A DNA stretch of 64,000 nt, taken from a virus (Duplodnaviria > Caudoviricetes). Of the stretch, positions 9,523 through 21,440 are shown piece after piece. Position numbers and translations under genes: made by a program. Location of the stretch: the IMG/VR virus record IMGVR_UViG_3300037067_021710; one strand, 5' to 3'. The notes below the pieces were generated by a model, which did no database searches, was not told where the DNA came from, and saw nothing but the letters and a program-made list of their open reading frames with translations. Numbering within the stretch: the first letter of the stretch is position 1; the number at the start of each line of letters is the position of its first letter.

Positions 9523-11343
9523 GCTATTTCGTTTTCTTTAATGAATTTAGATAATCAGAATTAAGGTGTCTATAATTAATCAACTCATTTGGAATTGAGA
9601 AAAATTTATTATCTTTTTTAACACTAACTGAAGTTTCATAATCTAAACTAGAAAAATCCCAAGTTTCGTCATATTCTTCTAAAAGCTTTGCCATTTTATA
9701 TTGCCACTTATCAGGCATTTTATGCATTAAACTACGAGGAATTGTTAGCCAACTAGCTCGAGTAAATCCAAACCAGAGCCAAAGCCTTTGATATCCTTTA
9801 TCATGCTTACTATGCCATCGAAGTCGAAGAAAATGATACAACTTTATAAGTCCTATAAAGAAACTTACTACTAAAATTCCAAACACAAGACTTTCAAGTG
9901 CTATCATTTAATTGCCTCAACAGGAATTATTTCTGAGCCATCTTTTAGTATAATTTTCTTTAATAAACATTTCTTTGAAAAATATCCTTTATTCCAAACC
10001 TTCATATTTAATTCTACTTCTGACCCCAAAACACAAAACCCAAACCCCTCTTCAAAATCAGTAGATAGGCAAGGGCATCTATCACATAAAGTTTTTTTAT
10101 TTTTAAAACCAAATAATTGTAGTAGTCTCTTCCATTTCATTAAGTATTCAACCATCGATAAAAAGTCCATATTAAAAATACTACAATACAGAATATAAGA
10201 AAACTTATTCCTAAAATACTGTATAATACAATTGTTAATATCATTTTTTAACCTTTATAATTAACTATTTAAAGATTTAACAAAATTCTCTGAGCTTACC
10301 AGTAATAAACAAATTCCACATATAAATCCAGCACAACTTAAAATTAAAGAAGGCCAATAAACCCAGTCATTACTAATATGTATTATATAAGCTGAAAGAA
10401 ATGGAGTTCCTACTGTTAACATAAATCCAAGTAAAGCCAAAACTCCCCATAATATTATTTTATTTTTCATTATCATATTCCTTTATAATAGAATGATCAG
10501 TGATTATTTCACCACATTCAACACAACTTACTTCTGCTGTCCTACGAATAGAAATAATATGATTTGTATCCCTACCACATCTTAAACAATATCTCATCTG
10601 CTCATATAAAGACATGTTTTTGCTCCTCTGTACTTAAATGACGGCTAAGACATTTAGGGCAATGATTAAATTTTTGTAAAGAAGTCCAATGATGACCACA
10701 TTGTTTACAATAATATCTAATATAATTCATATGTTTTTCCTAAACTAAAAATAATATTATAATAATTGCTATTAATAAACCCAACATAAACATACCTATA
10801 TGATTTGCAGGATCTATTTTCATTTACAAGTAAGCCATATCAATAACAAAATAACTATAAGCCAAAACCCTTTATCATATAAAAGCATACTCCATGCTTG
10901 AGTTATTGTTATATTTGAGTTAAAAATTCGTTTAAATGAACTAAAAGGTTTTGATAGTTTCATTTGTTGTCATCAATTTCCTTTAACTTCTTATCTTGAA
11001 GTCTTTCAGCTCGCATACGGTCTAATGATTTTTGACTTAATAACTGAGTCTCTTCAGTGGCATCTGTACCCCATTCAGCTACCCTACCACCACGAAGATA
11101 TTGAAACGATTTTCTAATTGTCATTGCTTTTTCCTTTAATAATATATACAAATCTATTAAAAAATAAATACTAATTTTTAGGGTATTTAGATGTTTCGTC
11201 AATAACTTCTTTTTTAATTTTTTGAAATTTTGGTTTATAATATTTGAAATTATTATCCATGCATTGTAACTCATGAGGAAATCTCATACAGCCATTATAA
11301 GCAATTCTTAGAAACTTTTCACAATCAGTTTTTCTGCAAATCA

Positions 11344-11934
11344 TTATTCTTCACCTGCTAAACTTTCTCGTAGTTGTTTAAGCCACTTATTACGAGAAGC
11401 TACACGATCAACTTCTTCTTGATATTCAGCTTTATGATAGTCTAGATCTCGCAAAATCTGTTTTAATTCTTTATTAGCCCATTCAGTTCCTGTTGTAGGT
11501 ACAGGCTTTTCAGGAGAATAGCAATCATATTTTATAGAATCTGTAATTTGTTGAATCATAAAATTTTTTAATTTTACATGATCTGCTGAAGGTACATTCC
11601 ATTTTTTTACTTTATCGAGCATTACAAGATATTGATCTTCTAAAAGAACTTTCTTTTTAACAGCTTCTTGATAAGAAGCTAATTTATCTTTAAACTCTTC
11701 TTCAGCTTTTTTATTATAATCTTCAGAAGTTAACTTTTTAAATTCTAGTAACTTTTTAGAAGCTTCTTCAAGTCGTTCAAGATGATATGTAGAAACTGGA
11801 AACTCTTCTGGTATTTCTTGGTCAGAAGAATCATCTCTCATAGTTACACAAGACCCAAAAGCTCTTGCACAACCCATAACAAATTTTTTAAAACTTATAC
11901 CATCTTTAATAGCATATGTATACCCTGTAGGCAT
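11344..11934 (-). CDS. Conserved phage hypothetical protein
   Basis: MPTGYT...FVMGCARAFG N-terminus typical of a phage family; helical C-terminus; AGGAG RBS. Confidence 0.6.
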   Translation of the reverse strand: MPTGYTYAIKDGISFKKFVMGCARAFGSCVTMRDDSSDQEIPEEFPVSTYHLERLEEASKKLLEFKKLTSEDYNKKAEEEFKDKLASYQEAVKKKVLLEDQYLVMLDKVKKWNVPSADHVKLKNFMIQQITDSIKYDCYSPEKPVPTTGTEWANKELKQILRDLDYHKAEYQEEVDRVASRNKWLKQLRESLAGEE

Positions 11935-11945
11935 AATAACTCTCC

Positions 11946-12317
11946 TTATTTAAGAAATAATTTTGAACAAATTTGTGAAGTTATATACCCCTGTAAATAA
12001 GCATAAATTTCTTCACTATCAGGACAAAATCTAAACTCAGCAAATCTAGCAATTTCAAAAACTACATGTAAAGACTCATGAGCAATAAGATCATATGATA
12101 GTCTATTGTGAGGTAGTTCAGTCCTAAAATCAATAATACATTCTTGAAATCGTTCGTCTTTTACTATATGAGTAGTAGCAAAATTAATTAAATCACGTTC
12201 TACTTTTATATTAAAGACTTTCATTGCATAACTTAAAAATCTCTTATCACTTACACAATGTAAAATATGCAATTTGTACCCAAATGGCTCAATATTAATA
12301 ATAAATGTTTTTGACAT
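11946..12317 (-). CDS. HExxH-containing phage protein
   Basis: IAHESLH...EEIYAYL. Confidence 0.5.
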   Translation of the reverse strand: MSKTFIINIEPFGYKLHILHCVSDKRFLSYAMKVFNIKVERDLINFATTHIVKDERFQECIIDFRTELPHNRLSYDLIAHESLHVVFEIARFAEFRFCPDSEEIYAYLQGYITSQICSKLFLK

Positions 12318-12353
12318 TTGGGTACACTATCTCTTAATTATTAGTATTTTTAA

Positions 12354-12971
12354 TTAAGGGATGATTACAATATCAACTCGACGATTTAGTTGTTTATTAA
12401 CTTCAGAGTCATTTGGCTTAATAGGCCTATATTTAGAATGCCCTATAGCTGATAATCGTTTTGGTTCTATATATTGTTCTAAATATCTAACTACAGACAC
12501 AGCCCGTTGTACTGAAAGCTCCCAATTATCTCTAACCCATGAATTAGCTATAATATTAACATCATCCGTATTGCCTTCTACAAATATTGAATTATTACTA
12601 AATTCAGCTAAATTCTTAGCTAACTTTGAAAGTAGGTCAATAGCCTCTTTACTTAATGTAGCTGACCCAGACTCAAAGCAAATTTTATCATCAATATTAA
12701 GCACAATTCGATTATCATACTGCTTAATGATTATTTTACCAGCTTGAATTTCTTTTTTAAACTTCTCTTCTAAATCTACAAACTGCACTGATAACTTACT
12801 TAACTCGATAATAGTAGTATTCAATTCTTGCTTTAATTGCATTTTTTGAGACTTAAGCCTTTGACATTCAAGCTCTAAAGCAGTCGTATCATTAGTATAC
12901 TTCTCTATTGATACACACCCAATTGAAGCAAGCAAACCAGTAAGCACACAACAAATAAACAGTTTTCTCAT
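12354..12971 (-). CDS. OmpA/MotB-family peptidoglycan-binding lipoprotein with coiled coil
   Basis: Lipobox-like LASIGC; FESGSATL, VEGNTDD, NWELSVQRAVSVV, NRRVDI. Confidence 0.85.
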   Translation of the reverse strand: MRKLFICCVLTGLLASIGCVSIEKYTNDTTALELECQRLKSQKMQLKQELNTTIIELSKLSVQFVDLEEKFKKEIQAGKIIIKQYDNRIVLNIDDKICFESGSATLSKEAIDLLSKLAKNLAEFSNNSIFVEGNTDDVNIIANSWVRDNWELSVQRAVSVVRYLEQYIEPKRLSAIGHSKYRPIKPNDSEVNKQLNRRVDIVIIP

Positions 12972-13261
12972 TTTTTACTCCTTTTACATTCTTTCCAATT
13001 AAATTTTTCTTCATATTCATGTTCATAATAAGCTAAATACTTTTGTAATTTTAAAGCTTCCTTAGCAAAACTTTCTTGACAATTCTCAATGGGATCTTTA
13101 CTTCTAAAGCAATTAGCTTCAAGTTTTTGATATCGTTTATGTGAAGTACAAATTAGTGTAGTTATATAATCATGATCTCTTTTAATCTGCTCTTTATGAG
13201 CTTGTATAAGTGAGCACCCACTAAACAAAGTTATAAAGATAAAAAAGCTTAGTTTTTTCAT
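12968..13261 (-). CDS. Putative lipoprotein
   Basis: MKK-hydrophobic-FSGC lipobox. Confidence 0.5.
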   Translation of the reverse strand: MKKLSFFIFITLFSGCSLIQAHKEQIKRDHDYITTLICTSHKRYQKLEANCFRSKDPIENCQESFAKEALKLQKYLAYYEHEYEEKFNWKECKRSKK

Positions 13262-14013
13262 TTAACAAATTCCACTAATTTTCCAGCTTGCAGAGTACCA
13301 GGTACAGGAATCATTTCATTATGGTTAAAATCAATTTCCTTTATTTGATAATCTTTTTTACATTTGCTAATAAAGGCATATAAGGTAGAAGGAACAGTAT
13401 CTTTTTTAATCATAAAATGATACCCAGACTTTGTTTGTATTTTATAGTATTCAGCTTTATAATTATTAAGAAAATTGGCCAAATAAGAAATATCAAACTG
13501 CCCTGAAATATCTAAAAGTAACTCTGTAGCAAATAAGTCAATGTCAATATCAATAAAAACTTTTCTAGCTCTTGATTTCTGAATACAATTCATCAAAACC
13601 CTATTTACCCGTTTAATACCTTCAAAATTAGGGTCTTTACCACTCATATATGCAGAAGTAATAAACCCAATTTCTTTATTCATTTCATTTGTAAACATTT
13701 GATATGCTTTAATCATAGAAGAAGGATTAATATTAATATATACTACAAGGCATTTTTCAGGAACATCTTTTCCATTATTAGTCTTTCTATATTGCAAAGA
13801 AGCTCGTAATTTTCTCATAGCATAATAAAGACCTTCTTTGTCTCTTGCTATTTCCCTAGAAAACATTTCCGTTCTACCTAAAGAAAATTCTATTCTTTCT
13901 TCTGCAGTTAAATATTTGTTTCTGGCTGATAATGAGGTAAAATATACTTCATCTTTTTCAAGATCCGGTAGTATTTCTATAAATTTATCAAATTGAGTTT
14001 TATCTACTATCAT
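13258..14013 (-). CDS. Phage protein with AEP/prim-pol-like motifs
   Basis: VFIDID and TKSGYH resemble AEP motifs I and II. Confidence 0.35.
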   Translation of the reverse strand: MIVDKTQFDKFIEILPDLEKDEVYFTSLSARNKYLTAEERIEFSLGRTEMFSREIARDKEGLYYAMRKLRASLQYRKTNNGKDVPEKCLVVYININPSSMIKAYQMFTNEMNKEIGFITSAYMSGKDPNFEGIKRVNRVLMNCIQKSRARKVFIDIDIDLFATELLLDISGQFDISYLANFLNNYKAEYYKIQTKSGYHFMIKKDTVPSTLYAFISKCKKDYQIKEIDFNHNEMIPVPGTLQAGKLVEFVK

Positions 14014-16252
14014 TTTACAGGCCCTGGTATAATATTACCGCATTTAGAACAATAAAGATAAAATGTTTCATACTCTTCAGAGGCCATATTTAAATCAGAT
14101 CTTATTATTTTATTCTTTAAAATTACTGGAACATAATTATGCTTACAAACTAACATTACAACCCTCCAATAGTTTATTCAGGCCAAGGATGAAATCCACG
14201 TCTTTTATTTGCAGGAGATCCTAAAGCTGAACCGCCTCCTAGCTTTCTATGAATAGAAGGTTGTAAAGACTGAGTAAGATTTTTTATATCTTGTTCAACT
14301 TTAGCCAATCTGTCTTCTAACTCTTTAATTTTATCAGCTGTTATAATGTCCATAATTACTAATAATTCCAAAGCCTATTCGCAAACTTTATAGTATCTCT
14401 TCTAACTTTATCAGCTTTCTTCCATTGTAATAGTCTATTTACAATTTTACCAGCATATTTAGCTCGTTCCTCACATCCAAAAGCGTTACCCCACTTTTCA
14501 TATAAGCCAACATGATTATGGGTTACATAGCATTTATATAAAGGGCATTTAACTCCAACTTTATTTTTACAAATTCTAATTCCATGCCTATTAAAATTAG
14601 AAAAGATTTCGCATAAAGGACATTCAGCTTCTAAGTTTCTTATTGTAGAATATAAGTAATCAGGAAGTTCATCTTTAGTATTTATTTCAGGATGATCCCT
14701 TAAATACGTCCAGACCTTTAATGTATGATTTACAGCAGTTAGTAAAGATTGTTTTCTCATATTATTTCTCCTTAGTTACTATAACAAAATAATTATCACT
14801 ATTAAACTCATTGGGAACAACTTCATGCTTTACAGTGTACCCAGCTGTAAGAAGAATACGGCTTAATTTAGCGCGATCTTCAAAATCGTTAATAAGAAGT
14901 TTTATAACTGTAGCTTCAATTTTTAATCCATTACTTTTTGTGTTAGCTAAATAATATCCTTCAGCTTCAGTATTATCTAACCATTTAAGAGCTTCTTCAA
15001 CGATAATTTGAGCTGCAGTTCCAGAAAGCCAACTTTGATTTAAATACCGTTTAATCTGTTTTAGATCAGTAAAAAAATTAGAATTCATATCGACTTGAAC
15101 CATAAACTTAACTCCTTATTAATTTAATCTCGGGGTTCTTTTGAATATATATCTTGTAAATGTTTCGGGAAGAACCATTCTAGTTCTTGTTCAATATAAG
15201 GAAGTTTTATATCAATCGAATTTTTAACATAGTCAGTAATTAAAACACTACCGCAAAGTGAACAATAATAAGCATACCCAGTATCATCAATACCAGATAT
15301 TATCAAATTCATTAGTTTTCCACACTTACATAACATTTAAGCCTTCTTATATAGATATTATCATCCTATAGTTTAATGTGCAACTGGGATGATCTGGTAA
15401 CTTACAGAATGCCTTGTAGAAATATATATACAAATCTACACTGAAAAATAATCTATTATTCTGAGATTTGGCACCATTTATAATAGATATATACTACAAT
15501 AAGACCTACAATTACTAAAGTCCCAGCTCCAATTGTCCAATATAATATCCCAATGGGAGAATAAAGCATTAGAGTAGCAGAATTAGAAATTTTAACTATA
15601 CCTTTGCCAACAAAATACGGGGTAAAAATATATCCAAGCACTATTAAAAGGTCATAAAAAATTACTTTAAATAACGTTAATACTCTTATTTCACTTCTCC
15701 TCATTACTATCTCATAAAAGCTTGTACTTGCCGTTCTAACCATTCAACATATTCTTTAGTATAATTACCAAATTTATTTCTAGTCTTCTTTTTAGTTTTT
15801 TCAGTAAACCATTCTTCTAGATTGCTCATGCAATTTGCTCTCCAGTTTTCCATATAAATAATTTTAAGAGCTTTGACACTTTAACTCTTTCTAATTATTA
15901 TAGGATTCTCATGCGTATATCTAATAAACTTAAATGCTCTTTCTAAAGCTTTTTTAAATTGTTCAGCTTCTTGTTTAGTATTAAAAGCTTTTGCTTCTTT
16001 TTGTAAATCTGTGTGAAAATTGCCGTTTCTTCCATACCATTCCACAATAAATACAGAACCGCCTTTAAAAAGTTGATCTTCAAATTTGTTGATATGCCGG
16101 ATAAATAACATGAGATTTCTCCTTTCCTTTGCGTTTTTTATCTTTCTTTATTGTTCTTAATGCTCGCATTTGTTGAATTGAACGAAAAGTAATTTCTTCA
16201 ATATTCTTAGTTTTTACATCGTCAAATCCATGGTACTTACCAAAACCTATAA

Positions 16253-16963
16253 TCATTTCTTTTTCTCCTTTGGCCTTGTTCTAAAACCGTATTTAAGATC
16301 AAATCCTTGTTTAATAATTTTATCTTTATCTTTAAGTTCGATCATTTCATTAGAGTTTATACCAAGTACACCACTTATGTATTGATAGATTTCTTGATAA
16401 GCAGTGTATGAATCTTTAATCTTATAAAAATTTATATGAGACAAATTACTATTTAATATAACAACAGGTTCATTAGAGACTTTTGAAATTTCTCCTGCAA
16501 CAAAAATTGGCACTTTATATGTAGTAAACAGACTCTGATACTTTGAATAGTCTGAATTTAAAAAATTAACTACTCTTTCTTCTTCAGCATGATCCCATGT
16601 ATATTTGCTAGGAACTATGCCTAATAATTTTTGTATATCGCCTTTTTTAAAATTATTTTTATAAAATAGATGTATTACTGGTTTTAAATCACTTGTTTCA
16701 TATACTACTATAGGGTATAATTTTCCACAAAATCCTACAAGTAAATATGATGCACTAAGTAAAACTTCATTGAAAAGGCTTTGTCTTATTCTCCAAGAAT
16801 AATGTCTATTACCAATATCATGGCCTTCATCATAAAATCTATAATTTTTAGGAGTAAGAACTAAAGGTATTTCTTGGGTTTTTCGAATATAGACACATTC
16901 TTTGTCTATACCCATTCCCTGGATAACATCATAGTAATCATGGAAGTTAGATATTATTCTCAT
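16253..16963 (-). CDS. Conserved phage hypothetical protein
   Basis: MRIISNFHDYYD...GFCGKLY...GFDLKYGFR. Confidence 0.55.
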   Translation of the reverse strand: MRIISNFHDYYDVIQGMGIDKECVYIRKTQEIPLVLTPKNYRFYDEGHDIGNRHYSWRIRQSLFNEVLLSASYLLVGFCGKLYPIVVYETSDLKPVIHLFYKNNFKKGDIQKLLGIVPSKYTWDHAEEERVVNFLNSDYSKYQSLFTTYKVPIFVAGEISKVSNEPVVILNSNLSHINFYKIKDSYTAYQEIYQYISGVLGINSNEMIELKDKDKIIKQGFDLKYGFRTRPKEKKK

Positions 16964-17318
16964 AAATATTCCCTATAACTTCAATTTTATAATTATAAAT
17001 ATCTTCTGAGCATAAGTTATAACTACCATTTTCAAATTCAACTACTTCAGGCCGCTCGGGTTCCCAATAATCCCCCTCATAATGAGCACCAATTTTTATA
17101 ATATCTCCCTCATAAATCTCTTTACCCTTACTATCTTGCAGTCCAGTATATTGAGTAATCTCAATATCATTAAAGTTTTCAAGTCTATATTGCCCCAACA
17201 TGTTAAAGACGGTGACTTCGCCTATGATGTGAAATGGGTTTTCATTTGTATGAAAAATCCATTGCTTTTTACTTTTATCCCAAGCCCTAAACTTTAATAC
17301 TCTCATTACTAACTCCAA
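16947..17318 (-). CDS. YopX-family protein
   Basis: KFRAWDK, QYTGLQDSKGKEIYEGDI, EVIGNIYEN. Confidence 0.85.
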   Translation of the reverse strand: MELVMRVLKFRAWDKSKKQWIFHTNENPFHIIGEVTVFNMLGQYRLENFNDIEITQYTGLQDSKGKEIYEGDIIKIGAHYEGDYWEPERPEVVEFENGSYNLCSEDIYNYKIEVIGNIYENNI

Positions 17319-17833
17319 GGGTTAACTTTATATTGCTTTACAATCTTTAAAAAAGCTTCTGCATTACCTTTAGCATCGTCAACAGGGTTATGAGTATGTT
17401 TAGTATCACGAAGATGCTTAAAATTCTTATACATATCTTGAACAATTCCTTTATAAAAACTACCTAAGTTAAATGAACTATGGCCAAATAGGTTTGATCC
17501 TAAAAACCTATGAAAATAATAACAAGTAAACATCCAATCAAAACCATTATTATCTGATAAAAACATGGGGCGACTTTCAAAGTTAACTTGCTGTATCCAT
17601 GTAGCAAAATTTTGCATCGCAATCATAGGGTCTGTATAAACCAACGTTTCTTCACGTGTACAATTAAAAGAATGTAAAGCATCTTCTTTATAATTATCAG
17701 AAATAGGATTTAAATTTGTATAAAAAGTAGAATCAAGTTTTCCTTCTTTATCAATAAGAACAGCCCCCAACTGTACCATAGAGTATTCGCCTGGTATTGG
17801 GCCATCTGCTTCTATATCAACTGAAAACCACAT
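17309..17833 (-). CDS. DEDDh 3'-5' exonuclease / exoribonuclease
   Basis: SVDIEADGP, NGFDW, HNPVDDA. Confidence 0.8.
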   Translation of the reverse strand: MWFSVDIEADGPIPGEYSMVQLGAVLIDKEGKLDSTFYTNLNPISDNYKEDALHSFNCTREETLVYTDPMIAMQNFATWIQQVNFESRPMFLSDNNGFDWMFTCYYFHRFLGSNLFGHSSFNLGSFYKGIVQDMYKNFKHLRDTKHTHNPVDDAKGNAEAFLKIVKQYKVNPWS

Positions 17834-17834
17834 A

Positions 17835-19088
17835 TTAATACTCCTGCTTTAATCTAATTTTAGGTTTATTAGTTTTATAGATACTTTGTTGTATGATAGG
17901 TTGAGCAGCAATATTTTTTATATCAGGAATATATTTAAAATTAGAAACAATATCCAAACCCAAAATCATTGTTGGCCATCCAATACAGTCAAGTAGTTTA
18001 GACTCAGTTTTAATTGGCAATACTTTAGGAATTAAACTCTTTAAAAGATCATTAGCGAGCCTATATTCACGTTCAGTTATTTTTTCTATTTGATGGCTCA
18101 TACAATACCAATGCTTCTGATCTCCAAAAGAACTTATTTCTAAAGAATTACGGCTATGATCATCTACAATAATTCCAACAGTCCCAATACGACGACCAAC
18201 ACAAGAAATATTTTTTACATAATCTCCAGTTTTAAAAATTGGAGAACTATATAGTTGAATTGAAGTAATAGGAAAATTATGGTCAGGAAATTCTCCTAAA
18301 AATTCTTTAGCTTGAAATAAAGAGCTATGACAACCTGCGTATTTATGAAAAGTGCATACATCACCTTCCTTTACTAAAGGACCACCAATAACACTATGGC
18401 CCCAACTCGCTGTAAAAATAATTTTATCACCTTTTTTAAATATAGGTTGAGGGGTACATTTTTTAATTTTAGATATATGGATAGGATTATTAGGAAACTC
18501 TTTAAGATAAATAATACTAGAATTCATATCATAACGATCAAAAGTTAGTTTTTGGTCTTTTTCAACACTGATGGTTGGGTTAGTGTTAGGAGCGATAAAT
18601 TCAACTAAATCACCTTTTTCAAATATACCACATTCTGACAAATCTTCTTCAACTTTCTTTAAAGATTCTGGTGCATAATAAAACCAACGATTAATTTCTT
18701 TAAAATAAACTTTTAAATTAATAGCACTAGTACTAGTACTACTAGTTACGCACTGTTGTACTACTCCGATTTGCCCGATAGTTATATCCATATCAGAAAT
18801 CCATGGAAAAACGTTAACATCTAATATTTGAACTTTATCACCTATTTGAAATTCTGAAGTATGCCTTATTGTACCCGGTCTTGAAACTAATTTAACCGAA
18901 TACTCACCAAACCGATAAACTTTATCTAATTTTACAATAACTAGTCTTTCATTAGTTGTACTATTATTCCCTTTTTTAATTTCAAGTATGGGACCTTTAA
19001 GACCAACACATTCTTTATGCATTGCTCGAGGACGGATTTCAACTATATCTCCTACTTGAACAATTGCACTAGATTTTTTATTACTCAT
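17835..19088 (-). CDS. Protein with about five tandem SH3/KOW-like modules and a C-terminal KPKIRLKQEY tail
   Basis: Repeats VQVGDIV, FQIGDKV, FEKGDLV, FKKGDKI, FKTGDYV. Confidence 0.55.
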   Translation of the reverse strand: MSNKKSSAIVQVGDIVEIRPRAMHKECVGLKGPILEIKKGNNSTTNERLVIVKLDKVYRFGEYSVKLVSRPGTIRHTSEFQIGDKVQILDVNVFPWISDMDITIGQIGVVQQCVTSSTSTSAINLKVYFKEINRWFYYAPESLKKVEEDLSECGIFEKGDLVEFIAPNTNPTISVEKDQKLTFDRYDMNSSIIYLKEFPNNPIHISKIKKCTPQPIFKKGDKIIFTASWGHSVIGGPLVKEGDVCTFHKYAGCHSSLFQAKEFLGEFPDHNFPITSIQLYSSPIFKTGDYVKNISCVGRRIGTVGIIVDDHSRNSLEISSFGDQKHWYCMSHQIEKITEREYRLANDLLKSLIPKVLPIKTESKLLDCIGWPTMILGLDIVSNFKYIPDIKNIAAQPIIQQSIYKTNKPKIRLKQEY

Positions 19089-19123
19089 AAATAACTTCTT
19101 CTCCTTAATTGATTAGTATCATA

Positions 19124-19153
19124 TTATATACAAAACCAAAAGCTTTTTATAAC
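19124..19153 (-). promoter_or_regulatory. Putative early promoter
   Basis: GTTAT-N13-TTTTGTATATAAT upstream of the AAGGAG RBS of the 19088 gene. Confidence 0.6.
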
Positions 19154-19302
19154 TATTTTTCTAAGTAACCTTACTACACACCCCATATGATATGTTTTCA
19201 TTTTTCCATTACCATTTCTATAAGGTAATTCAATAAGCCAGTCATTAGGATTTTCAGATAAAGAGTTTATTTCATTATAGCATATATTGCAAACTACTTG
19301 TT

Positions 19303-19854
19303 TTATAGTGGTTTAAGCTCCTTAGTAATTAAGTCTATTCTCTCTGATAAATCTGGCCCTATAGCTAAACAAGTTATAGTTGGTTTATTTACTTTGCCGG
19401 TTCCATTACAATTTTTACATTCAATAGGCATACCATAACCATTATGAAAAGACCCCTTACCTTCACAATCAAGGCATGTCTCTTTAAATTCTGTATTACC
19501 GTTATCAGTAATAATAGCATTAATTATACCAACTTCTTCAGCTTGTTTTTGTAAGGAAAGAAGACTCTCTAATGAATCAACTCCAACAACTATTTTAGCA
19601 AAAGAACCTTCCATCCATTCTAACATTGGATCATTTTTACCAAAAAGTAATTGCTTCTTAATTAAAGGAGTCATTATATACCCAGAACATTTTTTCTGTT
19701 GTTCGTCTAATTGAAACACAGGAAGTTCATTTTCTTCTGTACTCATTTTATCAAAAAACACTTTCATTGAAGCATGAGCACCTTGAGCAATCATTTTGCC
19801 CTTTCTCATGTTAAGATCAGTACGCATTATAATGACTTGCTTTGTAGTGTACAT
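19303..19854 (-). CDS. Peptidyl-tRNA hydrolase PTH2 family with inserted CxxCxGxG zinc finger
   Basis: KQVIIMRTDLNMRKGKMIAQGAHAS, KIVV, ITDNGNTE, TCLAIGP. Confidence 0.85.
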   Translation of the reverse strand: MYTTKQVIIMRTDLNMRKGKMIAQGAHASMKVFFDKMSTEENELPVFQLDEQQKKCSGYIMTPLIKKQLLFGKNDPMLEWMEGSFAKIVVGVDSLESLLSLQKQAEEVGIINAIITDNGNTEFKETCLDCEGKGSFHNGYGMPIECKNCNGTGKVNKPTITCLAIGPDLSERIDLITKELKPL

Positions 19855-20241
19855 TGTAGGTTACTCACCGAAATATTTGTATTTATATTATATCCTAAAT
19901 TATTCTCACCTTTAACAGAAACAAATTCAATAAAATGTGGGCCCTTTATGCCATAAATGTAAAGTACAGCATCATCTGGGATATCTTCTAATTCTTTAAT
20001 AAGTTCTCTTTTAGTTAAAAACATTAAATTATTCTCCTACAAAACCCAAACCAATTACCTCTGCTTTTTCTATTATATACAAAATGTAAGTTAAACTAAA
20101 CCATTTTAAAAACCAAAGAGGGAATTTCTTAAGTTTATTTCGGCCTACTACCTTAAATAGAATCTTATGACTTAAAGGTTGTTTAAACCTTTTTGTCTCA
20201 ATAAGTATTTTCGAGTTATTAGCCACTTAGAAACTTCCTAA

Positions 20242-20595
20242 TTATCGTCTTGTAGACCAAGCAGTTACTATATTGCTTTTATTTATTTGAAATACAATAT
20301 GTTTGTACTTATAAGAGTTAAAGCAGAATTCCTTATCAACATCTAATGTATAACATTTTAAATCTTTCTCAAGCCCAAACATATAGATGTCAAAATCAAT
20401 ATATTTATAATAAGCATTACCTTCATTGGGGTCTATATATGATATGTTATAATTAGATCCAAAAGTCAGTATTACTCTATCTATAGATTCTCCAATAAAA
20501 CTATCCATAACTTGTTTAAATTGTTGGGGACTTGAATCAGAACAACAACCACAATAAAATAATGTAAAAACTAAAAGAAACAATACTTTTTTCAT
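20242..20595 (-). CDS. Putative lipoprotein
   Basis: MKK-hydrophobic-YCGC signal. Confidence 0.45.
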   Translation of the reverse strand: MKKVLFLLVFTLFYCGCCSDSSPQQFKQVMDSFIGESIDRVILTFGSNYNISYIDPNEGNAYYKYIDFDIYMFGLEKDLKCYTLDVDKEFCFNSYKYKHIVFQINKSNIVTAWSTRR

Positions 20596-20611
20596 TATTC
20601 ATCTCCTGTTA

Positions 20612-20890
20612 TTAACCATTTTCAAATAACCATTTAGGATTATCATCAATCCATAAGTCGGGTTTTATACCAAATTTTAATAACCAAGGCAATTTGGCCT
20701 GCCTTCCAGTATAAAAAACTGAAATATTTTTCTTATAAAATGTTCTTAAACCAGCATCTTCTTCAGATTCACATCTCATAGTTGCTACAATAACTCTATA
20801 CCCTAAAGCTTGAGATTTTTCAATAATCATATCAAACAACTCAGGGAATTCAGTATAACTACCATCATAATCTAAGCATATTATTTTCAT
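20612..20890 (-). CDS. Small HAD-superfamily protein
   Basis: ICLDYDGS, VATMR, K, WIDDNP. Confidence 0.65.
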   Translation of the reverse strand: MKIICLDYDGSYTEFPELFDMIIEKSQALGYRVIVATMRCESEEDAGLRTFYKKNISVFYTGRQAKLPWLLKFGIKPDLWIDDNPKWLFENG

Positions 20891-21440
20891 ATTACCTCTC
20901 ATAAATTCACTGGGCTGATATTTTAAGTTAGTCTAAAGAAACACTTCCATGACACATTTCACTTTGCCAGCTTGACTTATACTCATCTTTATAATTGTAC
21001 CCAATTGTATTTTTTATGAAAAAAGTATATAGTCTCATAATAAAACTTTTAGGTTTTATTATAGCATAAATCTCTCTACCATAATCTATAAATTCTTTAT
21101 CTAATTTACGAAGTTCTTTTAAACTATTAATTAAAACTGTTTTTGGTTCAAACTCCAAACAGCCTCTATATTCTCTACCCGGTTTATCTGCTATAAGATC
21201 ATCACAAAGAGCTGAATTTGCACAGTAATCGTGGCATATATGTTTCTTCTGCTTTTCTAATTCAATAGACTCATATAATTCTTTCTCTTTGAGTTCTTTG
21301 ATCTGAAACTTATTCATATAAAATTTCTCCTAATAAGCTAATAAAAAAGACTATATAGGGTTAAGCACTCAACAGAGCCAATCAAGCACACTTCTAGGAA
21401 GCATTAACCCCAAGCGATTGGAACTTTATATAGTCTTATG

